A DNA stretch of 60,200 nucleotides, the filler included, from Sphacelaria rigidula (lineage: Eukaryota), in NCBI GenBank assembly GCA_964200075.2. It is 5 parts of 5 records of this genome, joined end to end, with 100 filler letters (N's around TTAATTAATTAA, not from the genome) between each part and the next. Parts side by side here need not be neighbours in the genome. Positions count along the whole stretch, not along the records: positions 1 to 11,963 come from CAXNAA020004285.1; 4 more parts are not named here. One strand, given 5' to 3'. The notes under the pieces are model-generated. The model did no database searches, was not told where the DNA came from, and saw only the letters and a list, made by a program, of their open reading frames with translations. The translations under genes and the position numbers were made by a program. Positions 1 to 12,063 of this stretch are shown one piece after another (position 1 is the first letter of the stretch; each line of letters opens with the position of its first letter).

Positions 1-360
1 ATTTCTCCTGTACTACTGCTGTTGTCTGTTGTCCGCTGTACATAGTGTACAGTCCGCACAGCAGACAGCAGACAATAACGGTACTTGTAGTACAATGATG
101 GTGTGATTTCACAAGTCTCCCTACTTATTTCCGAATGCCATTATCTGCGCGGACACACTGTATTCCTGCGCATGGGCTGCGGCGGGTGTGAACGATTGTC
201 ATTACGTAATGCACACTCTCGTAATGACGGGGTTACACTTGAACACCCAGCTAATCTGTCATATCATGTTGTCCATCTCACAGCAACTATTGTATTACGG
301 GGAAAGATTGTTAGTGGGGATGGATACATGAAAAGACGTAACTCGGGCATTTTTGGGTCG

Positions 361-1065
361 ATTTCAACGGACGATAGCTCGGATGAACCGTGAGGTCCAC
401 GCGAACAACGACCTGTAACAGAAAAGAAAAATAACATGCGCACAAAAAGTTAAGATCCATTCCGTGAAATTGTTCTGAAATGTTCCTGTTGGTTTCCCTT
501 CGATCATGGATGAGGGGTTGAGATATAGCATGCCATATATATCTACGGCGTGTCGACGTCAAATTCAACAAACGATAGCTCGGATGAACCGCAAGGTCCA
601 CGCGAACAACGACCAGTAACAGAAAAGAAAAATAACATGCGCACAAAAAGTTAAGACCCATTCCGTGAACATGTTCTGAAATGTTCCTGTCGGTTTACCT
701 CCGTATGGATGAGGGGTTGAGATATGGCTAAGGAGTTGAGATATGGCATGCCATATCTCGGGCGTGTCGACGTCAAATTCAACAAACGATAGTTCGGATG
801 AACTGCAAGGTCCACCACGCGATCAACACAAAAGCAACACAAAAGCAACAAAAAATGCACGCGGGAAGGTAAGGCCCATTCCGTGAAATTGTTCCGAATT
901 GTTCCTGTTGGTTTACCTCCGATTCTGGATGAAGGTTAAGATATGGTATGCCGTATCTCTGGCCTGTTGACGTCAAATTCAACAAACGATAGCTCGAATG
1001 AACCGCAAGGTCCACGCGATCAACACTCAGCAGCACAAAAGCCAAAAAAGATGCACGCGGGGGAG
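361..1065. repeat. Tandem repeat, ~200-215 bp unit, ~3.5 diverged copies
   Basis: The block (aa)attcaacaaacgatagctcggatgaaccgcaaggtccacgcg recurs at ~361, ~561, ~775 and ~976. The first three copies are followed by ...ccattccgtgaa...gttcctgt...ggatgaggggttgagatat...gtcgacgtc. Confidence 0.9.
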
Positions 1066-2003
1066 GCACCTATATAATGCCAGTAAAATCTCCGGGCACA
1101 GCCAGAGCTCACAGTAGTACCGGGCGGCACTACTGACAGATGACCCTCATTAGTGCCGATTTGAACGGTTTTGTACCCTAAACAGTGCCGGTTATCACCG
1201 TTATCGGGTAGCCCGTAGCCACGGGAGGAGTCGTGTCTACCTTGCTGCATCGGTGTTTTTTTTTCGAGATCGTTTGTTTCTCTCTCCTTGTCTCGGTAGC
1301 CGGTAGGAAGTGAAAAGGGGTGTGGTTCATTCTTTCTCGCTCACTCCATTTGGTTGGCGGCGTACTCTTTCGTGAGTTTTTCTCCACACCAGATGCTGCA
1401 CCTTCTTAGTTGCGTTGGGTACAGATGTGTCCTTGTTTTTCTTGTCGGGAAGGTCTCTCGCCATGAGCAACTTTTGTGGCCGTACTGCTGCTGTTGTGCT
1501 AGTAGGGAAGGAAATGATAAACCTGTGAACAGGATCAATCCTAGTTAAATCCGAAAAACAAAAAAAAGTCGGGTTGAGTTCTGCTACCCCGAAACCTTAC
1601 GTGACGTATCCTATCGAAACCCCTTGAAACAAAGGTCCTCGTCCGTTTTGTGCTTCCGTTGGTCCCACGAAGGGCAGGGGTAGCACTGTACGAACGGACG
1701 GTCGTCAGTAGTGCCAGAACCGGCACTACTGAGGTATTCAGAGCCCTCCATTGCACTTGTTCTGGCACTTTTCAGAGTATTGCCGGGCTCTCTGAGTAGT
1801 GCCGGTGTCCGTGGTGAGCATATACTGGCACTACTGAGAGCCCCCCTCTGTATATATAACATGCATATAGTGATCGGTGGGTCTGTATCCGGTCGAGAAT
1901 GCTATCCTTGTTGGATATTACGAGCATAATCGAGCATGAATTCCACGTTGCGAGCATAAGTCAAGCATGAATTCCACTTTAAGAGCATTGTTTTTGGTGA
2001 CAT

Positions 2004-2206
2004 TGGAGATTTTCGGAAAACCCTTTTTTGTCATTTCAGAGAGCAAATATCTCAGGATCAGAGTGTAACGAAAATTAGTTCCCCCTCCGTCAAATGTGGT
2101 ATCCCCTTGACTTCTTTTCGATGAGTGGTTTTTTATCCATCTGCACTCTGCTCCTGAGATATTTGCGCTCTGAAATGAAGAAACAAGCGTTTTCCGAAAC
2201 TCTCCA
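2004..2206. repeat. Inverted repeat (~62-bp arms, ~78-nt spacer), MITE/fold-back-like
   Basis: 2004-2065 (tggagattttcggaaaac...tcatttcagagagcaaatatctcaggatcagagtg) is the near reverse complement of 2144-2206 (cactctgctcctgagatatttgcgctctgaaatga...gttttccgaaactctcca). Confidence 0.85.
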
Positions 2207-4012
2207 TCACTAGCATAAAAGATGTCCTTCCTAGCATCACAAGTAGAAGCATATTTGTAAGATAAGAGTCAAGTGCCGCTTCGTGCCTTTCGACCGCATG
2301 TTTTCAATCTCAAACGATTGTTTTATACCTCGTTGCATTTTTCTCCGTGCGCCGCTAGTTTATAATTTTGAGTTGAAGCCTTCAAGGAACGTGAATGCGG
2401 TGGGCCTATGAGATAGGCTAAAACAAATTCGACCGCAATTTTTCGATCGAAAACGAAAGTGCTGAGACACGCCCTCAGAGCCCCAAAGAGTCGATGGATC
2501 AGAGGTGCTTGGCCCCAAAGAGGCCGCAGAGCTAGGAAAGGTGCACCGAAGGCCTTCTGCAGATGTCATTCTGCAATTCTGCGGTTCTATTCTGACCGAC
2601 CGGACGAACCCTTCGTTTCTGACTGACCGGGTAGATTTTTCACTAAATCGCACTTCCTGAATCCAACCACCCTGGGACTGATTCGGCTACGTAGCTCTCT
2701 TTCATCGTCTAACTCTCCCAAATGCCAACTAACCTTCACCAGGTGAAGCTGGCGGAAGCGCGCGACTTCGTCGTGTCAGACGGCGATTCACCCGGAAGCG
2801 GTGATCATATAGGCGACACGGCGAGCGTGTACGAAGCCATTTGCCAAGGATGCAAGCCTCACGTGCCAGCGAACTGGCTGGACACGCGCCAGCAACCTCC
2901 AACTGGTTTTGCTTACGCGAGAATCTGTAGGGATCTCGTGAAGGCGCCACGTTACTTGCTCCGTAGACGATCACAGCCTACGGACGATAACGACCCCGCA
3001 ATCTGCGGCTTTGCGTGACCCAACTATCTTCATGGTTCCTCACGGAAATAGTAGAACTCTGCAGGCCGCCGTGATTGATTTATGATTGGGAAGTACTTGT
3101 CTTGACTTTTCTTACACCGGGTGGGGGTTTGTCCTTCATGCGGGATCATCCCATCGGACATGTGGTTTTGGAATTTCCTGCCTTTCTCAGCTATCAACGC
3201 CCCCGACCGCCTATTTATTTCGTCGAGTGCTGCTGCCGTCGACGCAGTCGTTGGCGTCCCCCCGACGCGTCCGAGACTCTCTCTTGAGGCGTAGAGTACT
3301 CCTTGATCTCGGTTGTGTTACTCATCAGGGTGGGCGCCCACTACGTCACGCAGTTCCGTTTGCAGTGGAAATGGCTCAAATACGATTGCACTACTGGGGG
3401 TGGCACTAGCGCATTTGCCTCGTTCGATGCCCACTGGCAATCCAGGGTGCACGCGTTGTACGTGTACGTCAAGACGGATCTATAAGTAGTGGCCAGGGAT
3501 AGATTGAGAGAACCTAGCGGGAACTTGCCGAGCGACGACTCCGGTCTCAGCCCCGCCTTCCTGCGCACCCTTGCGCACGTGGAAGGACGTCACTCGGACT
3601 AGAACGATTTTGTCTGGAATTTGCGTAGTGCGATGCGCGAAAGAATTGTCATCGTCGATCTATGGCCCCTACTTTCTTTCCATCCCTTCTTCTGCTTGTA
3701 TGCCGTTCTTGCTTTTCTTCATCGGGGGCGTCTGTCTCTTCTGTCCTTTTCCCATTCCATTCCAATGTGAGAAAGGATAGGAAAATTGAAAGTGTGATAC
3801 GAAGCAGAGCGATCTATGAGATAATATTTGAGGTCGTACCACATCTACTCCAAGTTTGGGTAGAGTATCGTGATCGTGCCCAGATCACGACCAAATTTGT
3901 GGTGGAGTACTAGAGATTGTACCTGATCTACCCGACATTTGGGTAGGTAGAGTATTGAGTATTTAGGCCATACCCGAGTGATCCTCTGCACCCGGGTATT
4001 CCTTTGAAAATG

Positions 4013-4421
4013 CTTCTACTGATCCAAAATTAAGAAACGTGTCCGTCCGTCCGAACACCACTACGAAGCTCCGAGCAACGCACTTTCCCCCCCGAATTGA
4101 TTTGAAGCTGCGCTGCGCGATGAAACCATCCTATCGCTCTTCTAACATCATTTGAGGTGCCCTCAAGAAGTTTCAGCGTCATTGCACACGCGGCCATTCG
4201 GCTCCCGTTTGAAAATTCTTTTGAGGCCCTAGGCAGAAAAGGGTTCTACTGGACCGAAATTCAAAAAGTGAAGTCCCTGTCCTATTCGTCTGCTCTCATA
4301 ACGAAGGCCAGAACTACGCATTTTTTTCTCGAGTGAATTCGAAGCCGCGCTGCGCGAAAAAACCATCCCATCGCTCTTCTAACATCAATCGAGATGCCAT
4401 CAAGAAGTTTCAGCTCCATTG
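4013..4421. repeat. Diverged tandem duplication, ~235 bp period
   Basis: gaagc(t/c)gcgctgcgcga...aaaccatcc(t/c)atcgctcttctaacatca...tcaagaagtttcagc occurs at ~4104-4180 and ~4341-4418. ttctactg...aaatt recurs at ~4014 and ~4244. Confidence 0.75.
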
Positions 4422-4684
4422 GTGCTCATGGGGTTGTGTTTCGCTTCTGTCTGTGAGCGGTCTCAAGAACAGCCCAGTTCGACCCCTTTTGACCAGCGCT
4501 GGTCTTGATTCAACGTCTCAGACTTGACTGTCGCAACTTTTAACGAGGTATTTTTGGAGGTTGGAGGGATCAGACGCAGCACCTGGCTCTCCGAATCACC
4601 CGAAAACCCCTCATGAAGGTTCAGCTTTATTGCTGCTTGCTTATTTGTCTTCGCTTGTGCATGCCGACGCCGTCCGTGGCTGAG

Positions 4685-5430
4685 ATGGGAGGGGGTACTA
4701 AAGTACGCGATCTGATTGATTCGAACTACTCCCCGTGTGTCGACTGTCGACAAACGGTGAACGTACGGGAGCTTATGGTCGCAACGTCCGTGGGCGGCGG
4801 AGACGAATCTCGGCTTCCACGGTGACAAATGGAGAGTGCACAGGTGCGACCTTGTACTGCTGAACTGTCTGTGCTTGCAGAGCTGCGCTTCGCACGGGGT
4901 TTCACAAGCGGATGAGAAGTGTTGACGCCGTATCCTGGTGCGCCTTTATGTTTTATCGCGAGAGGGGTTCAGTAGTCCCTTTCCCTCGTCGACCGTAGAG
5001 TCGAGTTTTGTGTACCCACGACATAGTCGCTCCCCACTGTAGTATGGACTTGTATCTCCTCGAGACAAGAGGCGTCCCTGTACCCCCCCTCACCACGCCA
5101 AAACGTTCCATGTCTATATGTGGTTCAACCGGCCAGGTTACCGCCCCTTACCACCGCCACTCGCCGGCTCAGATGGGAGAGGGTGTTAAAGTACGTGATC
5201 TGATTGATTCGAACTACTCTCCGTGTGTTGACTCTCGACAAACGGCGAACGTACGGGCGCTTATGGTCGCAACGTCCGCGGGTGGCGGAGATGTATCTCG
5301 GCTTTCACGGTGACGAATGGAGACTGTACAGGTGCGACCTTGCACCGCTGAACTGTCTGTGCTTGCAGAGCTGCGCTTTGCACGGGGTTTGACAAGCGGA
5401 TAAGAAGTGTTGATGCCGTATCCTGGTGCG
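4685..5430 (+). repeat. Pair of 253-bp direct repeats (4685-4937 and 5173-5425), possibly duplicated pseudo-exons
   Basis: The copies align without indels (about 22 substitutions by my count). Both begin after AG and are followed by GTGCG. The best + frame has two stops in both copies. Confidence 0.8.
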
Positions 5431-5519
5431 ATGGTAATTTTATGCTGCACTACAGTCTGTGTATGGTGTCGTCCCATCTATTCTAGGGGTTGGTTTCAAG
5501 GCACATATGTTCGAACTTC

Positions 5520-5731
5520 GTGTTGTGTGTGTTGTCGTCCCATCTATCCTGAACACCGGTCTACACCTTTCGGTATATGTGGGCGCATCAGCCGGGGTCA
5601 CACAGGAGAAAGGTCAACACAGGGGTGTTATTTATTTCTTTGTTTTTAGTTCTCCACCTTCCTTCTGCGGTGCCTGCCTTTAGTTTTTATCGCGAGAGGG
5701 GTTGGGCAGTCCCTTTCCCTCGTCGACCGTG
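5520..5731 (-). mobile_element. tRNA-derived SINE family A, partial (3' body and tail)
   Basis: Matches 53113-53330: tgttgtgtgtgttgtcgtcccatcta...cagccggggtcacacagga...tctccaccttccttctgcggtgc...ccctttccctcgtcgaccg. A further fragment lies at ~4945-5045. Confidence 0.8.
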
Positions 5732-6269
5732 CAGGCTGGGCCAGCAAAAAGTGCTGCATTTGCATATCCAACCATAACTCCTCAAGTATACCAAATCAGC
5801 TCGACTTGAGCATATCGCTGTGAACTACGGACCATGTTGCGTGCACGCTCACGGAGAGTGCAGCAGGCAGTACAAAGTTGCGCGTTGGTGAATGAAGTCC
5901 TTCTCACGTCGCATTGTAAGCAGAGAAAATTGATAGTCCTGGGCAGTCTGCACTGCACGTTGCCCGCTTCTCCTTTATATCCTCTTGCACGAAACACGCA
6001 CACACACACACACGCACTCAAGACACCCTGCTTGCAAGCAGTGCAGACAGTACAGACTGTCTGTGCTGTACACGAGTGACCATGTACCGTTTCACGATTT
6101 TCACTGTCTTTCTTCGATCGAAAGCTTTAAAATCCATCCGGATCCAACTGCGTCAAAACGAGAAATTTTCGCTCGAATCAATTCCACCGCCTCATTTTTT
6201 CGATCGAAAAGAAAAGTGCTAAGACAGACCCTGGAAATACTTTTTTCGCACAGAGGAAGGCTAACGCAG

Positions 6270-6521
6270 GATTTTTCTTTTTTAATTTTTTTGAGCACCC
6301 CACCTATCTTCTGCGGTGCTTGCCTTTCTTTTTACCGAGAGAAGGGTCCAGCGGTCCCTTCCCTCGTCGACCGTGAATTCGAACTGTGTGTACTCACGAC
6401 ATAGTCGCTCTCCACTGTTGGACATGGTGTGAGAGAAAATCCCAGGTCTTGCCGAGATTTGAACCCACGTCCTAACCGTCAGAAGGTTTTGAGGTTACCA
6501 TCTGCGCCACCGGGGCGACCG
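6270..6521 (-). mobile_element. tRNA-derived SINE family A, partial (head plus part of body)
   Basis: The minus strand reads cggtcgccccggtggcgcagatggtaacc...gggttcaaatc (A-box/B-box-like), followed by the family A body. Confidence 0.8.
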
Positions 6522-7399
6522 ACTGCTGCTGTGTGTTCCTCAATTCTGTCACCCCTGTGAAACTGTTATACCGGCACCCGACAGTTTTGTATGTTCTGTA
6601 AGTCTATCACACCCCTGGTCGACAACGACACCCCCGTGGGTGGGTCAAGGTCGACGACGCAACATTTGAGATTTAGAACTGCTCTTCTCTCGCTACGCAA
6701 GATACTTTTCATGAACACGTCAATATTTGTCATATGTATGGGAATTATCCCGGGGAACCGGTAACTGAGTTTGACCCTGCAGCCAATTGGGTACAGAGCC
6801 GGTATGTATGTGCGCTGTTTTCCTTTACTGGGATCAACGGCAAGACGCAGCTTATCGTGCCATCGCTCCGCACTGAAGCACAAATTCCGGCGTGCTGCCC
6901 TCAGTGCTATCAACGAGCTGTGTGTTTTGTGGTCCGACGTATGGTTCAAACGAACCTACACCTGTCGGCATGATATGGCGAAACAAGAAAATCGCGTCTT
7001 CGCCGGGACGATTGGCTCTTGCTGTCTTTTGTCCAGTCCTCTCAACCGTGTAGAACTATCAAACCGGTACGCAGAGGCTGTGTAAGACCGTTCTTAACTT
7101 TACTCGCTAGTTTGTGATTATCTGAAACTGCCTCATACCCCTGGTCGACGACTCTGCAAGGTCTGTGAGCCTCCCGTAATCCCGGCCCGGATTCAACATA
7201 TATCCTTGTGTCATGGTTCGACACTCTAGCTGGGAATGGTGCCAGTTCAGTGGGCACCAGGCTAGCGGGCTCAAAGACAATCATTAGTATCGAAGCCATT
7301 GAGCTCGATTTGCCAGATAGGGAGTCAACCCACACACCAATGACCAGGCACATGCCCATGGTTCGCGCCGGAGACAAGACCTATATGTTGCGTGCAATG

Positions 7400-10050
7400 C
7401 GGGCTTACATTGCTTGAAGACCAGAGAATCCTTTGAGATAGCAGTCCATGATGGCGTAGATGCTCTTGTATTGTTGGCGTAAAGGCTAACTTGTGCTTTG
7501 CTAGTTGAGATGCATAGTCCAAAACGCTGTGGCCCAAAGGGGGCGGCCAAGTCAATTCGATCAAACAGTGTAGTATGACCCATCAGGTACCAAGCATGAC
7601 AAAGTGTGACAAATGGACCCCAGTCGACTGGAACATGACCAATAAATCTGTAACATCCCCCTAGCCATATTTATATGGCTACACACAAATTCATTGGAGG
7701 GCTGGAAGAGCCGGAACAAAAACAAAGCCTGTGCATCATACGCCTGCAAGTAAAACGAGAAAAACCTGCTAAATTACAGTACAGGGCAAAACTCGTTGCA
7801 GATCTAATGAATAGGTAAACCCTGATAAGCAGGGGAAAACTCCATCCGAAAGGAAAGGAAAAAACCTATAACGCCCTTTCCAACGACAGAAACAGCAGAC
7901 AAGTACGGTCGCTGTCGTTTTCCCGGGATCTCAGTTAGACTGGAAAACGATCGGCTAGTTAGCGTGATCGCGCGTCGACACCCTGGATCAGTTACACTAG
8001 ATTCTAGGGTAGTGCGGGGCTTAAACCTCGCTAAAAACAACCTTTCCGCGAACTGATCAATAGTTACAGGAGTGCAGCTTTTGAGGGGTGCTCTTCTGTA
8101 ACTATCGACACCTATTCTACTGGAAATAGAGCCCACGCGCCTTGGCTTACACATGTGCCCGTTCATCACCAAATGGGAAGCAATCGATAACAAAGCGGCA
8201 CAAGAAAAAGACAAGGAACACTCGAAATTTATGACTGAAGCGTGCGGTAGCAGCAATATATAAATACATATTCCCTTATTTCACTACCGTATTCCTCTCG
8301 CAATGATATCGTGTACCCCATCACACAACAGCCATTCGTACACGTCCATGGCTGCAGTCTATTCTTTGGCTCCTCCGTTTCCGCTTGGGGCGCTCAACTT
8401 CCAAGCGAGATGGCTGTTTCCAGTCTCCATCTTCGTATCGTACTCGCCGAAAGAATTTCCCATAATCCTACACGTGGTGCTTCAACTCGGCACTGATGTA
8501 GCCTTTTCACGAGGTAGCACCTTTGGCAAAAGCTTCAAGGCATCACTACGTGGGGAAGCGGGGTGCTTCGAGTGCGATGGCGGGGTCGAAGAAACTGTGG
8601 GGTGATACAGGTGCAAAAAGCTTATGAAGCAGTATGGAGCAATGGGTTGTGGGAAAATATGTGAGGAACTGTGATCAAAGGAAAGGTGTGAACGATTAAG
8701 ACGAAAGAAATGTGTCAAAAGTGCGACGGTGCTAGAGAGGGAAATATCGAAATATTTTGATATTTTTGAAGGAGTCGCACCAGGATGTACGTCATCACCC
8801 TCTCTAACCGAGGTATTCTTTGATGATCTGATACAAGTATGAGAATGGCAAAGCAAGGAGTGAAAATGATTGAACAATTGGGGAACAGTGCAGATTACAG
8901 CAGCTAAGGGAATTGCTTGGATGCTCGAAACAAATAGGTACGCCCCCCCCCCCCTTTTAAGTCCTTCCCTTTTCCCCACCCGTCAGTGCCTGAAACAACG
9001 CAGAGTTCTCGACCTTCCAACATGGTGACAGATACAGGCAATGCAGTCCAACACGACACAAATTCAGGGGTCAGGTGGAATGTGGGTGTGGCGTTCCACT
9101 TTGGTCCCCCTCAAGGTGTGACGCAAACACTTCGGGTACGAGGTGTGCTATTGAGACAGCGGTGGTACGTGTGTAATGTTTACGGCCAGTCCAGAGCTCG
9201 AAGGGGAATGTGTCAGACGATATCATGGCGTCAGGTCGTCGGGTAGGGTACGATTGCGCAAGAGTGTGCGTGAAACGCACTATCTCTGGGGCCAAGATTT
9301 GTACAATTCTGTAACCTCTTCAGCAGCCGTCCCCCTAGGTTCTCGAATTCTGTGAAATTGTAGACATAATAATGGCGAAAACGAAATAGGCAAGGCGTGC
9401 TGAAAAAATAATAATAATGAGGTACGTTGTACTAAATATACCGAGACAAAGCACAGAAATGACAAGAAACATGCCCTCACACGCATGAGTTGTACATTGA
9501 TGCTCATTGGGCGAGAGTCTAGTTCGTATGCCATATCCTAGCTGAGCCACCATGAGACGACCGGATTGTGGTGGTGAAGTCTTGCTGCAGTTATACGGCA
9601 CAAGAGTTTGACAGCAAAAGGAGAGCGCGCATTTACCTACATCGTGCAGCAATACTGTTGGCTTTCCTACTCATTTAGAATATCGGTCAGCAGGGCGACT
9701 AGAATGCTACGCTCCTGGACAAACTGTCCAAGGTACCTGGTGGCTTCAGAAACGAACGTAGTTTTTCGATTGTATGGACGTGGCGTCTGAGCAATTGCGT
9801 TGCATTTGGAGGGGGCTGGTTGTATGCCGGTACCATCGATCAACAGGCTAAGGAACCTGTGAGACCCTGCAGTAAAGATATCTTTGGCGAACTTGGCGAA
9901 TTTTACTGAACACAAAATCGTGTAGTCGACAAACTTTGCCGGGGGACGTTGGGTGAGCAGCACCTCGGTCAAGAAGCTTGTGCATTTCTTTTCTGATCAT
10001 ACAGCGTTCTCATAGTGGGAAACCGCGTTGTTTGGTGGCAAAGGGTGTGC
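7400..10050 (-). mobile_element. Degenerate Ty3/Gypsy LTR-retrotransposon pol remnant (RT/connection, then integrase-like)
   Basis: Minus-strand translation: PFATKQRGFPL*ERCMIRKEMHKLLDRG (~10045-9962, Gypsy RT N-terminus) and FLSLLIDGTGIQPAPSKCNAIAQTPRPYN...ATRYLGQFVQERSILVALLTDIL (9860-9675, RT thumb/connection). Weaker integrase-like GLPIH*ICNEF (~7800) and LYANNTRAST (~7470) follow in RT-to-INT order. Multiple stops and frameshifts; boundaries approximate; LTRs not identified. Confidence 0.75.
8605..8840 (+). mobile_element. Non-LTR (LINE) reverse transcriptase fragment nested in the Gypsy remnant
   Basis: VQKAYEAVWSNGLW (from 8611) resembles DxxKAYDxV. CVKSATVLEREISKYFDIFEGVAPGCTSSPSLTEVFFDDLI (8711-8833) resembles the GVxQGCxLSPxLFxxxIDDL motif. 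Frameshifted and truncated. Confidence 0.8.
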
Positions 10051-11552
10051 ACGGGAGACAACAACCAGCAAAACATATGGAACTCGTGCTTCGCCCCCCC
10101 CAAGGGGGCCCAGCGATCATGTCAGCGAAATAAGTGTCTAAAAACTATATGTAGTGCCTGTAAGGACCGCCAAAAATATATATATATAGTCGTGCAGTAA
10201 ACTTGCATGGTAGGCTGGGCATGAAGGGCAAAATGGCAAAATAGGGAAACTACGTACGTCTGCGTACTGAATAAGTTATGACAAGGCAATCCACGGGAAG
10301 ATGAGTGGCAGCATGATATCGAAAACCAAGTTTGAAGCAACTGAACAATGTATTATCCAACTACGGTACCGCGAAGGAACAAGGTAGTCTCCAACTACGG
10401 TACGGGGTGCGTCAAGAGGTCAACCTGGTGAATAGCAAACCATACGATCGATTATCAGTGAGGGATAAAATGGGGATCCTATTTAGTGGCACCAAGGTAA
10501 TGACCCTGCTACCAGAATGCTATGAAAAGGTACCCGGTATTAGCTAAACCAAACCAAATTGCAGACACTCCATGCGGGGACATACCGTTATTGGCAAACC
10601 GTTCAGTGTTTCCTGCGTGCCCTCCCCAACGCAATGACGTTTAGCGCCGGTTCCCTCAGCGGGATGCGAACACTCAGGTCAAGAGTGTGGGTGAAACAGG
10701 GGCGGAAGTAATAGAGGGCGTGGTTAGTATACGTTGGAAGTCTTGGGGTACATGAAAACATGGTTCGGTCTATACCACGTGACGCAGATCGAAATGTCGT
10801 GCGCCGGGCGGTCAATTCGGCGTTTCGGCCTTGCGAACCAGATAGATGAAACGATTACCAGCGGAATCCTGCTCAAGCATGATGAGTACAGGCAGCGCAA
10901 CAGACCAGGCCCTGCAGATAGCCTGCACCCGCGCGGTCAAAGGAAAACATCGCGAGCGCCAAACACAATACAAAATTTCCAGAACATGAAATGAAAATAT
11001 TGCAGCGCACAATTATCGAGCACTCAAAATACAATCGAGGGGCTTAAAAGACAGTTATGGTAGACGCGACACCCGGAGATGCAGACAATATGAGTATGTA
11101 AATTGAAAGAAAAGCAAACAAGATCGAAATAAAATGGAAGCTGTACTGCATGGGCATTCCACAAATCCTCACGGCCACAATAAAAATGCAACCCCGGAAA
11201 CAAAGTACGTACTGATCATGGTGGGTTGTTCTGCAATAAAACTACCGGGATAATATTGAGAATGTCTAGAACACGGTCATTGCTGGTAAGGTACTTCGAT
11301 GATGTTATGACTGACCAGGTGTAGATCAGGCGGCGGTAATACAATGCACGCGACAAATGACAAAACAAGAATACTGTGCGATCAGATCGAAGCAAGGTTC
11401 ATAAAGAACATGAGGGCGGAAAATGCACGTGCACCTGACAACATGCAATGTGATAGCGAGCGAGAAAAGTATAGCCGACAGTAGGTGGTAGAGGCAAAAA
11501 CACAACAAGCGGGACAATGACAGCCAACCAGGGTAGCAGAAAGCACGGTGGA

Positions 11553-11702
11553 AACAGCAGCAGCAGCAACAAAAACATAATACAACAACAGCAACAGCAA
11601 CAGTCGTAATAGGCAACAGCAACAGTCGTAATAGGCAACAGCAACAACAGAAAACAGAAAACAACAGCAGCAGCAACAACATACAACAGCAGCAGCAACA
11701 AC

Positions 11703-11801
<99 letters not shown>

Positions 11802-11840
11802 AAGCAGCAGCAGCAGCAGCAACGACAACATACAATAACA
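11553..11840. repeat. (CAA)n microsatellite with flanking CAG/CAA compound repeats
   Basis: Pure (aac)n run at ~11704-11800 with degenerate cag/caa flanks. It generates the spurious poly-V and poly-L ORFs. Confidence 0.95.
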
Positions 11841-11963
11841 ACACGGCTGCACAGCTTCCGCAGCTGTCTGGAGCCTGATGTCCCGAAACGCCCCGACGTA
11901 ATTGTTGTCGAGAAGGATCGGTCCTCAAAAGTTGGTTATCAAAGGGTTGTCGTCAATCCAAGC

Positions 11964-12063
11964 NNNNNNNNNNNNNNNNNNNNNNNNNNNNNNNNNNNNN
12001 NNNNNNNTTAATTAATTAANNNNNNNNNNNNNNNNNNNNNNNNNNNNNNNNNNNNNNNNNNNN
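11964..12063. other. Artificial scaffold-joining spacer (N44-TTAATTAATTAA-N44)
   Basis: Exactly 100 nt with a core giving TAA stops in all six frames; identical at four positions. Confidence 0.98.

Noticed and set aside
4823..5313. TGA conserved in both repeat copies as a possible selenocysteine codon
   Set aside because: A second stop is TAA in copy 2, the substitutions show no synonymous bias and no selenoprotein motif is evident.
11326..11928. Poly-Val/poly-Leu/poly-Cys ORFs
   Set aside because: They are translations of a (CAA)n/(CAG)n microsatellite.
12008..12019. Conserved TTAATTAATTAA motif recurring every ~12 kb
   Set aside because: It is a synthetic six-frame stop linker inside the N spacers.
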